64,000 nt of DNA, from NCBI GenBank assembly GCA_907165135.1, contig OU015567.1, positions 3,782,001-3,846,000 of the forward strand, read 5' to 3'. Each line of letters opens with the position of its first letter. Within the stretch, counting starts at the first letter, position 1. The translations under genes and the position numbers were made by a program. Source of the DNA: Oikopleura dioica. Its lineage: Eukaryota > Animalia > Chordata. This document shows positions 50,771 to 62,838 of the stretch, in pieces. Below the pieces are notes generated by a model. It did no database searches and was not told the origin of the DNA. It saw only the letters and a list, made by a program, of their open reading frames with translations.

Positions 50771-52039
50771 ATGAGTAAACAAAAAAGCGCCTCACTTCCC
50801 GAAACACCTGCTGGTCGATTTCTTCGGTACCATTCTTCAAATCTCATTTTGTTGAATAAAAAATTTAAAGAGAATACAAGAAGACGCAGAATAATTCGCA
50901 AGAGCTGATTTCCGATTTAAAACTCGCCATTGAAAATGAACAGCAAGAGCTCCAGAGCTTCCTGATCTGCGGCTCAGAGACAGATCTTCAACAAGTTTTG
51001 AAAACTGTCAGAGTTCAAGGATACAAAGGCCTTCAGCGACTTCAATTGATTCAAATCGACATGAGCTCAAAGTCTTCAAAAGCACTGCAAGACTACTTCG
51101 ATACGAGGCTCTATCCGCTTCAGCATTTGGAAATCATCAATTGTACGTTTTCCTCTGAAGACTCGGCTCAGTGTGTGATCTACAGGAAAGATTTAAAACC
51201 GTTTCCAGCTTATTTTATTGATTAAAAATTGGTTTATCTTCGAAAGCCTTCAAAATCTCCCCCTCGAAACTCTTCAGATAAAATTTCAAGCTTCGTTGAT
51301 GTCAGAACATCGAATCTTTTGGAAGTGTTTGAGCTCGATCCGGACACTTACCGAACTTTCGCTTGTTTACTCGAGATTGACGGCTGATTCCTGCATTCTG
51401 CTTGCGAATGAGCTCAAGAACTTCAAAAACCTGACGAAGCTCGATTTGGAAGGAAATCCAATTCTATCCGTTGGCGCTGGAATTTTAATGAAACGGCTCA
51501 AAAGTTTTTTTTTTCAATCAAAAAACGGACGCAAAATTGAGCTCTTGAAAGACTGAAGAAGTCAACTTGACCTACTGGGGCTTCAGAAATTGCCAGATCG
51601 ACAGATATTGTGAGACAAAAGACAGGCTTGTTCAAGATTTCGTCGAGAAAATATGCAAACAAGTTGTGTATAATCCGTTTTTGGAGACCATTGACCTCAG
51701 GAAAAATTCCAAAAGCGTAAAATAGACAATTAATAATCAAAATTTGAGAATTTCTTGAAAGAGATAATTGCTTGAGTGCAAGTGATTATACCGAAATTCT
51801 GGTAAGTCTGGTAGTCGATATTTTTTAAAGAAATATCAAATTGAAAATTGATATTTTGAGTAGCTAACAATCCTTTCTACTAGAAAGCAAATACTCAGCT
51901 CGGCGACTTCAAACCTTGCAAAATTCTCATCTGTGAACGAAATTGCGATTCTGAAACGTTTTCCACGCTCTCGGGACTTTCGAAGGCCTCGAAAAAGAGC
52001 AAAGGAAAGGGCAAAGGAAAGAAGAAGAAGAAAACGTAG
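50771..52039 (+). CDS. RNI-like leucine-rich-repeat protein with a Lys-rich tail
   Basis: LRR units LTELSLVYSRL, LTKLDLEGNPI, LTYWGFRNCQI and LETIDLRDNCL (the last through a GA-AG intron). Ends KKSKGKGKGKKKKKT*. Confidence 0.75.
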
Positions 52040-52242
52040 CTTTTTTGAGTCTGCTTTATTTGTCAATAATAAAATGTCTATTTATGACTTTCCTAATTGT
52101 TGATTCTTATAGCAGCGATTTCGCTATTGAATTTCGTTCGTCCTGTCGTGTCTATTTTTGATGATGGACCATTATTGATGGTTGACATTTACCAACTCTT
52201 CCGACTGCCTGAAAATGATTTTTATGCATTTTTGCATAAAGA

Positions 52243-53098
52243 ATGCTCGTTTTTCTTCCAATAAGCGTTTTTGTTGGGTCTAATTCGATATATTTTGAGT
52301 GAGTTTTATTGCGTAAGAGATATTCCTGATTTTTAGTGACGAGTCCGAATGCCTTGGAGCTTGTAGAGCTGATTTTCTTAACTGTCGGGTTTTATGCGAA
52401 AGCGAGTATTGCCTCTCCATTTGCCAGGCAAATTATGATCAATGCAATCAACAATGCAAGTCGACGGTCACAACAAGAGCTGAAGGAATAACAACAGAAA
52501 TAACAACGTAATTTTTATAAATTCTCTCAGAAAGCGACAAAATTCAGAACTCAAACAACTAAATGTCAGCAAAACATTGCGCTTTCGGCTCATAGGATGA
52601 CATATGAAGATGCCAATCATTACTGTTATAACTTGGGATTGTCTTTGTTTAATCCGCACAGTGATGAAGATGTCCAGGCGATGTTTGACCTAGGTTTTCT
52701 TAAAATTTTCGGTACTTATACTATTTTAATATTGAAGGCACTCAGATTCATTCCTACGATGTTTGGCTAGGGCCAAAACGCAGTCAAACCCTTCCCAGAG
52801 TAAGTTTTGCATTATCTGTAGTTCTATATTTATTACTCTCTAAAGTCGCCGTACATAAATTCTGATGATGGACTGGAAGCGGGGAACTGGAACGATGATC
52901 CTTGGACAGAGTAGGCATTTGAAACAAATAAGCTGATTTTAACTATCTTCAAGCCAATGTGACGAATATTATGAAAATGGTGTTGATAAAAAACGACACT
53001 GTATGGTCCTTCACGAGGATTGCTACAAACACCGAGGATGTGGTTATTTTCATTTTGCTCTTTGCGTCGATCCAACTCGGCCCCCATTTGTCTGCTGA
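52243..53098 (+). CDS. Secreted Cys-rich helical repeat + Thr-rich linker + C-type lectin protein (missed by the ORF track)
   Basis: Six exons join in phase through GT-AG introns: MLVFLPISVFVG; CLGACRADFLNCRVLCESEYCLSICQANYDQCNQQC; lectin MTYEDANHYCYNLGLSL...VWLG...C...HCMVL...C...ALC. Confidence 0.75.
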
Positions 53099-53276
53099 AA
53101 AAGGTGTTCTTTTTGCACTCAGTATCTGTTCAAGAAGACCAAATAAAACATCAAAAACTGACGTTTGAAATTTGTCACATTTCAAGTCCTGTTTGCTCTT
53201 TGCTCGAGTGGCGCGATAGTTAAAGTTCTCAAATAATTACAAATCTGCTCAGGCATTCGTCTGAGTTCATCGAAAA

Positions 53277-55319
53277 ATGCAGAGAAAATGGATCTACATA
53301 GCGATTTTTATAGTTTGCGCGCTTGGATTGGGGCTTGGTCTTGGTCTTGGGCTTGGGTTGAAAGATGATGAAGAGGAGGAGAATAAAGGAAAGGTCGTTG
53401 TAAATATGAAATAAAAAATTCTTAAGATTTCATTGTAAGACCTAAAAAAGACCCTATCTTTGAATTTCCTCCAGATCGCCCTTGCCAATCCGACCCGAAT
53501 ACTGGTTGTTTCAAAGAACAAGCAGCAGCTACTGACGATTCTCGATGCTCAAAAATCGCCAATGACATTTTGAACAAAGGTGGTTCTGCCGTAGATTCTG
53601 CCATTGCGGCCATCGCCTGCGAAGGAGTTGTGAATAGCTACCACAGTGGAATCGGCGGTGCTAGCTTCATGACAGTCTACGACGAGAAAACTGGCAAAGC
53701 TGAATTTTTCAACTGTCGAGAAAGAGCTCCCCTTGCAGCGTGGGAGGACATGTTCAAGAACAAATCAAACGAAGCGATGCATGGTCCTTTAGCGATCGCA
53801 ATTCCGGGCGAGGTCAAATGCATGAAAGAAGCTCATGCTCGATATGGAAGTCTTCCGTGGGCAGATCTCTTCCAACCATCCGTCGATCTCGCGAGAAATG
53901 GCTGGGAACTATGGAATTATACTTATTACGCGATGGAGGACAAGGCCGATTTTCTCCAGGGAGATTTCATCGAATGGGCGGGCAAGAACTGGTCGGGCAA
54001 CTGGGAGCCGTATCTGGACAGCCAAGGAAAAATTAAGAAAGTCGGCGATCAAATTATAGATGAAGAACTTGCCAAAACACTGGAAATGATCCAAGATGAA
54101 CCAGATTCTTTTTACAACGGGACGTTAGCGGATTTGATCATCGAAGATTTGACCGAACTTGGAGCGATTATAACGAAAGAAGATCTCGTTAATTATAAGG
54201 CGTTGATTGCTTCACCTCTAGAATCAACATTCGGCGATCTTCAATTTTTCTTCCCCAGGGCGCCCTCAAGCGGTCCGATTCTTCAATTAATGATGAACAT
54301 CATCGAGGGCTACAATCTAACACCTAATGAGAGACTTGATCATTTGGCAAATCATCGGATCATCGAGTCGATGAAACATGGCTACGCTATTCGAACGGGT
54401 CTTGGTGATCCCGAGTTTTATCCATACGACCAAGCTGATCTTGAGAAGAAAATTTCAGGTACTCATCTTCAAGAATACTTTTCTTCGTAAAATCTAGATC
54501 CGGATTTTATCGCCGCTATTCGAGAAAATATAACATATCAAACTCACGAGATCGATTACTACAACCCGATTTTCCAGGGCAAAGATGACCACGGAACCCT
54601 TAGGTATTTTTTCATTCGGTTGTAAAACGAAAAAATTTCTAGTGTATCAACGCTTGACAAAACCGGCCAAGCAGTAGCAGTAACAACTACTGTCAACCTA
54701 TATTTCGGCTCAAAGCTGCGAGGTCGCCGAACTGGCATAACTTTCAACGATGGAATGGATGATTTCTCAACAACTGGTTTTAATAATGATTTTGGAGTTC
54801 CACCAAGTCCGATGAATTTTGTAAAAGGGGGAAAAAGATGTGTCTCATCGATGGCTCCTACGATTGCTGTTGATAAAAACACAGGGAAGGCCAAGGTACA
54901 AGATAGTAAAAATGAGCAATGCTGACCATTCTAGATCGTTCTTGGCGCTGCGGGAGGAACGAAAATCACGACCGGAATCTATCAAGTGCTTTTGAACAAG
55001 CTTTGGTTTGGCTATTCCGGCTCCGATTCTGTTCGAAGACATCGATTCCACCACCAGCTCGACCCGAATGAAATCAACTGGTCAGATGCCGTGGATGGAA
55101 TTGACGGACCTGGCTGGGAAGAAATGATTAAATCGCTCGAAAGAGATCATGGACACAAACTGCGGGAAAAGGGACGAATGTGGGCTAGTCCTGTTGTTCA
55201 AGCTATTTTCAGGTAAGCTCCTTCTTTTTGCAGAAATAAATTTTTCTTCAAGAAATTCCGACGAAATAATCGAAGCTGTTTCCGACTGGCGGCATGCTGG
55301 AGTCCCCGATGGCTCGTGA
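53277..55319 (+). CDS. GGT1: Gamma-glutamyltransferase (type II membrane protein)
   Basis: N-terminal transmembrane segment, GGSAVDSAIAA, GIGGASFM, NCRERAP, AIAIPGE, PSSG, nucleophile HGT, TTTVNLYFGS, FNDGMDDFS, SSMAPT, GAAGGTKI. The paralog is not resolved. Confidence 0.92.
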
Positions 55320-55410
55320 AAGTGAAAACTTTGTTCTTATAATAAAAAAATCAATATATCCAGTGCCTATTTTTATCTTCATCAATTGAGCCGCTTCAAT
55401 TTTTTTTCTC

Positions 55411-56629
55411 ATGAGAAATTTAACATTTTTTATACTTTTCCAAGAATCTTTTTGCACTGCGAATGAAAAAACATACCAATGCGGAGAATGCACTCGGTCC
55501 ATTCTCACCACAACTGACGATGAAACCCAAGAAGAAGCAGCATTTGAAAGAGAATTGAACGCATCCATTTTTCGAAACTGCCCGCCAACTATTGTCTTTT
55601 GCCAAATTTGCTTCGTGAAAATGTCATTTCCGGAGACTCTTAATCAAACAGACACTCCGTTTATTTATGGAATGGGGTGTATAAAGGACAAGAATGGGGT
55701 CTTTAACATTGACTTGCTCAAAAATATCGTCAATATCTCCGCGATAACAATGCAGAAAAACCGCTCGGAAACGACCATTCTCGAAGGTAAAAAAGAATTT
55801 TTAGGTTTTTTCTCATTTTTTTTCAGAAATTCAACACATCAAGCAGCATACAAACATGGATTATGGCTACACAATCGGGCAGTCGAAAAAGGCAACACTG
55901 ACAATATGCACGAGCGATTTCTGCAATTTAAAAAGACTAGGTCCAAAAGCCCTACCAGAACTTGAACAACTTGAGCTCGCTGCAATCAACCCGGTGGAAT
56001 ATGAAAATCTCGGACACAAGCAATCGTTTTTGAAAGAAAAGGAAATTTGCTTCAAAACTTCTCACTGCTCGAAGCTGATTTACCGCCCGATCTACTTTTG
56101 GAAGCAACGAGTAAGGATTTTTTCTGCAAAAAAGTCATTTTTGTTTTTAGAAAATGCTAGAATGGAAAGGAAAACGAGACGCGAAGCAACCAAATCGACC
56201 CTACTGCAATCACACAGGATTTTGTCCGCTCATTTAAAAATTTTCCTTCTGAAATTTTTTTACCAAATCCAATAAGCTTTCTCCATGCTCATCAATCAGC
56301 AAGAAATGAGACGAAAAACCACTTGGATTATGTCACGCTTTTTCTCGATGTAAGTCGCCCATTTTTTATAGATTTGATCTAATAACTTCCAGGACGTCAA
56401 ATTAACACGTGACCCGCTCTCAAATATCAGTCAACTTGTTGCCGAAGGTATAAACTACATTTTCCATCATAAAATATTTCCTTCAGAAATTTTTTACAAA
56501 TCGACCGGTTGCATCATGAATTTCGATGTTGGTCAAATCGCGGCAAAGTACCACCCTTCGCCAAAAAGCTCAGCTGACAAAATTACTTTTCAAGTGCTCC
56601 TCTTCTTTCTTTTTCTTATTGAACTTTGA
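55411..56629 (+). CDS. Ly6/uPAR (three-finger)-like protein with a probable GPI signal
   Basis: Signal-like N-terminus, YQCGEC...CPPTIVFCQIC...GC...CTSDFCN, and hydrophobic C-terminus SSADKITFQVLLFFLFLIEL*. Internal exons are only partly resolved. Confidence 0.55.
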
Positions 56630-56651
56630 ATGTTTTATTTCAAGCTTAACT

Positions 56652-58488
56652 TTAATTTGCAGGGTATTTTCGAATGAGATCTTCCCAGAGAAGCATGTGT
56701 CGTCTTCTGAAATTCTCTTCCATAAAGTAATCTAAATAAATGATAGAATTTCAAAGGAAAAGTGGGAATAACCGTCTGGTCCATCAATAATCATAGAGTT
56801 CATTCCCGGTTGGGCTTTTGGCCAGCTCTCGCCAGTAGGAACTGCTGGTTCTCCTCGAGCAAATGCGCCAAGAATCGACATCATTTGATGACTCATCTCA
56901 ATATCGCTTTCAGTTCCATTTCCAGAGTGCATCGGCCATCCAAAGTAGAACATGAGATCATCTCCGTGCCAGGGCTCATTCCAGTCTCCCTAAAATCGTT
57001 AAAGAAAAGAATGAAGTTGGTAACTTACAGGGACTCTGACAGGATCTTGAATGTCCTCGGAAGGATTGAATCGGAAATTCGCCATGTGGAAGTCAGTATT
57101 TGTCTGTCCTAGAGACCATCCGTATTCGAGAATATATCTAACATATGCAGTGTCCATGCCAACATAAATGTACGCAGATCGCCACATATCAGTTGAAGCG
57201 CTATCTGGGTCTCCGTTTTCGAGGTAGCCTTCTTCGAGTTCCTCCCAAAACTGAGGGCTATCTACGTCAACAGGAAGAGTGGCAGCGAAGACAGGGGCGA
57301 GAAGACGCTCAAAGCTCTCCTTTGTTCGGATACTTGCGGCTCCCATGGCAATTTCGCCAGTCGTGCAGGTGAGGAAGTGCTCGAAGCGGTCTAAGCGGCC
57401 AGGTTTGCCCATGTTTTCCTGAATAAAAGCTATTATTGAAGCATTTTTCAAAGGCTTACCTTTGTTGGGGGATCGAGTAAAAATTCGCCATCAATGACTG
57501 GAGACCAATTGAATTGAACTACGGGCTCTCGATCTGAAGCTGCGACCAGTTCCTCAGTCGTCTTCGTCTTCAAACACTCTAGAAATCTTCTCGAGCTGAT
57601 GTTGAAGTCTGTCAGACAACGCGCGTGCTGAGCAAAACTTTGCGCCGTATCAACTGGATCCTCATTCCAAGTCATCAATTGGCCTGAAAATTATTGAATC
57701 GACTTTTGATTGAAGAAATTTTTACCAGAAACAACCCCGACTCGTTTGAATAAGGGGTTTTCAATCGTTCCCGACATTGGAGAAATTGCTTGGAATTTGA
57801 CGGAAATTGCTCCTGCAGATTGACCAAAAATAGTGACATTGTCTGGATCACCGCCGAAATTGGCAATATTATCATGAACCCATTCAAGTGCCATATTTTG
57901 ATCTCGGACTCCCATGTTTCCTAGAAAAAAAGGCTTGACCAAGACAATATAAGTTGTCTTACCGCTGATGACATTATCTTGCATGGACAAAAACCCAAAA
58001 GCCCCGAGTCTGTAGTTGAGAACAACAAGGACAACATCAGCAGTTGGGCAGAGATACTTTCCAGTGTACCAATCTGGATGCCAGTCGCCAGTAAAAGAGC
58101 CTCCGTGAATCCAAACAAGGACCGGTTTCTTGTCATTTTGATAGTCTTGACTAGCAGTGTACACATCGAGATACAGACAATCCTCGCTTGTTGGCAGTCC
58201 CCAGCTCTAGGATAGATGTAAAATAGACCTTTTGTCATTTGAACTTACATCGTCCTGTGCGCAAAGCGGCTTCTTCTTCTGCGTCTCTAGAACTGTCCAT
58301 GGAGATGGCTTCTGAGGCGACTTGAATCTTAGATTCTCAACCGGTGGCTGAGCAAAGGGAATTCCCAAGTACTCGTCAACCTGTTTTCCTTGATAGTAAT
58401 CACGGTTTCCGATGATTAAACCATCATTGATGCGAGTCTCTACCGACTCTGAAAGGGCAGAAGTGGCGAAAACAAGAGAAAGCTTCAT
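56652..58488 (-). CDS. Secreted type-B carboxylesterase/cholinesterase-family hydrolase
   Basis: YLGIPFAQPP...LRFKSPQ, SEDCLYLDVY, VWIHGGSF, NYRLGAFGFL, FGGDPDNVTIFGQSAG (nucleophile Ser), WHGDDL (catalytic His). Confidence 0.93.
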
Positions 58489-58881
58489 TTCTTTCTCTTT
58501 CGCTGACTATCTTTAGGCGTTTTATAAAGAATCGAATGAACTCGGCATCTGCTAGCTTTCACAGAGAACAGAAGATTGCGAAAGAAAATGTAACAGAACT
58601 CTGAGAAAAAGAATATACTGAACATAGAACAGCAGCTTGATCAACCGTAAAAACCACTTGCTTGCCGTTAAAATGAAATATCCGGGAACAATTAAAATAG
58701 TAAGTTCATTGAAGCAGTTCAAAAATTTGAATATTCAAACGTCATATCTGAATTTTGTTAACTTCCATCATGAATAAATAAGTAAAAGTTTATTCAAATT
58801 CGCACATGGACAACTCCATTAAGTCTTTTTTTATAACTTTTAACAGCTTAATTTTACAAAATGAGAATTTAAACAAGAACC

Positions 58882-59601
58882 ATGAGAATTTTCTCTCTTT
58901 TTTTGAAATGTCTTTTTGCATGGCATACAACCGTTGTTTATCAGCACTACCCAGATGTTTCAAAGAACTGGGCTGACGCAGTTAAATTTTGCAGAGAACT
59001 GGGAGGAGGTGCAGAGATAGCCACAATAATAGATAATACTCAATTTAACGAAGTAAGCCCTTTTTTATCATAAAAAAATATTCGCCTTAAGTTTCTAGGG
59101 CTCAATATTCCTCGGACATGGATTGGAGGAACGGATGCTGCTTCGGAGGGAGTTTGGGTGTCTGCTTGTGGAGGTGAGATTATACTGCACTATAGAAGCC
59201 TTTTCTTAATCATTGCAGGTACCATTATTGGGAAATGGCGGCCGAATCAACCAGACAACTCTGGAAACGAAGACTGCTTGGAAATGTACTACGGCTTGAT
59301 GAATGACCAAAAATGCGGTCATACTAACAAAGTGACATGCCAATTTCCAGAAAACAATTCAAACAATTATATTCAAGTTATTGGTGTGACTGGTTATCAG
59401 ACTACAATTGCCTGTCCTGCAAATGAAAATTACTCAAGGAATGGGATGAATATTCTTTCTCAAAATTTCAGGTTTTTCTGCCGTTTACGATTTCCGGAGA
59501 AAAGGAGTCATGAAAGATACATTTTCAGAAATGATATCTTCGACTTTTTTTTGAAATATTCAAATATATATTTATTGAAACTGAAAAAATATTGGTGTTA
59601 G
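58882..59601 (+). CDS. Small secreted C-type lectin with a QPD motif; 3' end uncertain
   Basis: NWADAVKFCRELGG...TWIGGTDAASEGVWV...WRPNQPDNSGNEDC...MNDQKC...TC. Confidence 0.85.
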
Positions 59602-59874
59602 GTAAAGGCTGGAAGATACAGAAAACTTTGAGAAGCAGGGTTTTTTAAAAAATAGATAATGAGTTTACAGAAAATAAGAAGAATATTGCACAATGCTTGA
59701 TGAGATACCTTAGACTTTCAATGGCGTAAGAAATAATAAAATTTGAGAAGAGCTGAGAAAAAATCATCAAAAATTCAGACGCGGTTCCTTTACTGCCTAG
59801 TTTAAAATTCGCGAGGTCCATGTGTAGTTTGACGATTTTTCCTGGATCTTTTGAGTCTTCGCCCGAATCTTTTT

Positions 59875-62472
59875 CTACCACTGGTTTTTCACTATTCAGA
59901 AAAAATGATAAAAAAGGCATTTAATAAAACCAGTTCCTAAAGCTCTGATCTCATAAGCTCGTCGGATTTGATGGGCGACTCTATGAACGGGCATTCGTCC
60001 GATCATTCCGTGTCCCATGCCCGGTATCAGAACTGTTCTGATTCTTTGACCATCTCGATTTGTTGAGTTGTATCTACGAATAGCGTCGATACTCGCTCTC
60101 ATCGCAAGGAAGGGATTGACTGTGTCGGCGATCATAATGGGAACCCGCATTATTGGAGCTGCAATAACAAATTTGCATCGTCTGGATAAAGATTTATAAA
60201 AGAAAAGAAAAAAAAAATCGACCTTTGTCTATCCTTCTTCCCCGGCAACAAGATACAGTTTCCAACTAGCAGTTCTCCTCCATGATTCAACTCGATCTGC
60301 GCTTGAAGCAAAGCCGGATCAGCCTTCGCTGCTTTCATGAATTCCTCCTCGGGATCGACATCTGTCCAACCGAAAGAGTTCGTCATCGGCATTATGACCG
60401 CGTCCCAGCGTTCCTCTTCGAAAAGAGGGCCGCATGCGATCTCTACTTCTGGGCACTCGCGGAATTCTTTCCGAAGCGCAGTGACCATTTGCGGGTCATC
60501 ATCGCGAAGTTTAAATTGAACACGCGCGTCTTTGTAAAAAATTTAGGAAGCGTCAGAAAACTGAATAATTCTACCTGTATTTGGATGAACAGGAACCCCG
60601 GGTTTGACATATTTGATCTGCTTCTTTTCTAACTTGGAGCCAAGCTCTCCCTTCCCCGCAAAAATATCATCTTCATAGGGGTCCGATCCAGAATCTGATT
60701 CCGTCTCTTCTTCCTCTGATTCTTCGGACTCTTCCTCTTCAGATGATGACTCCTCAAGATTTTCAACGCGTCTTTGAAGTCGAGGAGTGTTGAATCCAGT
60801 CCCTTGGAGGGGCTCTTCGATCGAGGATTCTGATTTGAGAATCGGCCGTGGCTTCTCATCGGATTTCAGGGGCTCTTTTTTTGTTGTTCCGTCTGAGACT
60901 TCTACTTCAGCAGCGAAGCCCACGTGTTTTTGCTCCTGAGGAGGCTCTTCTTTCTTTGGCTGAAGAAAAAGTAAAAAAATGTCTATTATTGACTAAGATC
61001 TACCGGTTCTGGTTTGGGTTCCGGCGCTTGGGGCTTTTTCTTGAGCATTTCGCGCCTGTTTATTTCTCTGATATCATTTAACTCTGCTTGAATCAGTTCT
61101 TCTTCAGCAAATGCATCGAGAAGAGTAGACCCAAGCATCTTTTGAACATCATCCAAGCTTTTCCCTGGCGGCTCTTTCTTCTTTTCTACTGGAATTGATG
61201 AAACAAGCGAATCTGTGTCAGTAACAGTATCTTGAACTACGAGCGGAGGTTGTTGATCGCTTGAACCGTTGGCTTCCCAAGCCCATTTTCCTTCAACTGT
61301 GGATGAAGGAGGAGGTGGAAGTTCTTGCAGCTTTTCTTCGGTTTCGGTGATTGTATCAGATTTTTCCGGCTAGAAAGCATGGAACTGGAGATGGAGAGAA
61401 GATTAACATACCTTGCTAGGCGGGAGAGGCGTGAGAACATGCTCAAGCTTGTCGAGAGCGGCGATTTCGGCTTCTTCTTCGACTTTTTTGGGAATCTCTG
61501 CCCCAGATTTGAAGTTGACTCTCACTCCCTGAATCGTGGCTGAGTGAGAGTTGTCCGACTCCACGCCGGTGTGGTCCGATTCTTCGCCTAACAAAAGATT
61601 TTTTATAAATTACATTCAAATAAGTACTCACCAGAAGCTTCAACATTTGATTCTCGCTCAACTTCAGGAGGAGGGATGACGATTATTCGTTCATCTTCGT
61701 CAAGACCTCGAAGGACTCCGATATCGATTCCCATTTCAAGGGGATCTGCGGGCTGTTCTTGCTCTTTCTCTTCTTCAACTTCTGGATCAGCCATTCCAAG
61801 ACGAGAAGAAAACTTGGAAACAACTGGGTCTCCTCGATTCGGTCTAGTTTTTTCGGAAGAAGCTTCTTCTTGTTTTTCTGGTTGAGCTTCTTGAGAAGTT
61901 TCTGCTTCTGGAGTTGATTGTTTTGGCTTTTTCGAGATCATTGACAATGCAGCTTCGAATGATATTTCAGGACGTTCTTCTGGAAGAGCAGAAGCGACTG
62001 GAGGGTCGGAAAAAGCCATTCTGGGAGCTTGAGTGCTTTGAGATTGGATGTTTTCTTGCTGACTTTCAACTGGCGCAGCTTCCTCTAACGCTGGCTCTTC
62101 GGTTGTTTCAATCTGTGGCTCAGATGGCGTAACGATTTCTGGCACTTCATTGTCGGCATTTTCTAGGCTGATCTCAATCTGGTCTTGTTCGCCTTCTTCA
62201 ACTTCGATCTCTCCATTGCTTTCGCCTTCGCCTTCGCCTTCGCCTTCTTCTTCATCTTCTGAGCTCGTCCACTCAACAGGAGGTCCTGTCAGAGTTTTAA
62301 CATTTGACTTGGAATTGATCTGTTCAGCTTCCTCTCTTGGTTCTTCGTTATTTGGCGTCTGAGAAGGACTTTCATCGATATCTTCAAGTGCTTGATTCGC
62401 AAGTCGACCCACAAACCCGCCGGTTTTTAGTCCCAAATTGGGCTTCAGCATCCCTCCCGTTCGTCTAGACAT
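59875..62472 (-). CDS. Long acidic disordered protein ending in a bacterial-type macrodomain
   Basis: Roughly 600 Glu/Pro/Ser-rich residues over several exons, then QFKLRDDDPQMVTALRKEF...DAVIMPMTNSFG...GELLVG...APIMRVP...NPFLAMRA...VLIPGMGHG.IG.MP...QIRRAY. Confidence 0.8.
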
Positions 62473-62838
62473 ACTAAAATAGTATGACTATGAAAAGATG
62501 ACTAGTTTAATTCATGTCTAATAAGTATTGGCACATGGATAAGCATAGATGGTAACTGCGGATTGAAATATTATAATAAAAAAGTTAGCACCACGATGCA
62601 AATAAAACTAAAAATAGGGAAAATTCGATCGAATAGAATATTCCAAATTGCGAAGAAAAAAGAAAGATGCTGGTATTGAAGAAAGTACTGAATAAATAAT
62701 AATTTTCTAGGTACAGTAAAGGTCAGTTGAATACTGTAGAATCACAATGATAGGTTGTCATGTTGCACAGCGTTTAACGTTACAGTAGGTAAAACCACCA
62801 CCATTTTTGGGAGTAATTGCATTGTAGGTAAAAAGTCT

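Noticed and set aside
51500-51565. Apparent premature stop in the LRR gene
   Set aside because: A GT-AG intron ending at ...actgaag restores the LRR frame.
59645-59920. 91-aa ORF as C-terminal continuation of the macrodomain protein
   Set aside because: The phase-1 donor after ALGT joins a different frame (VKNQW*), so this frame is probably 3' UTR.
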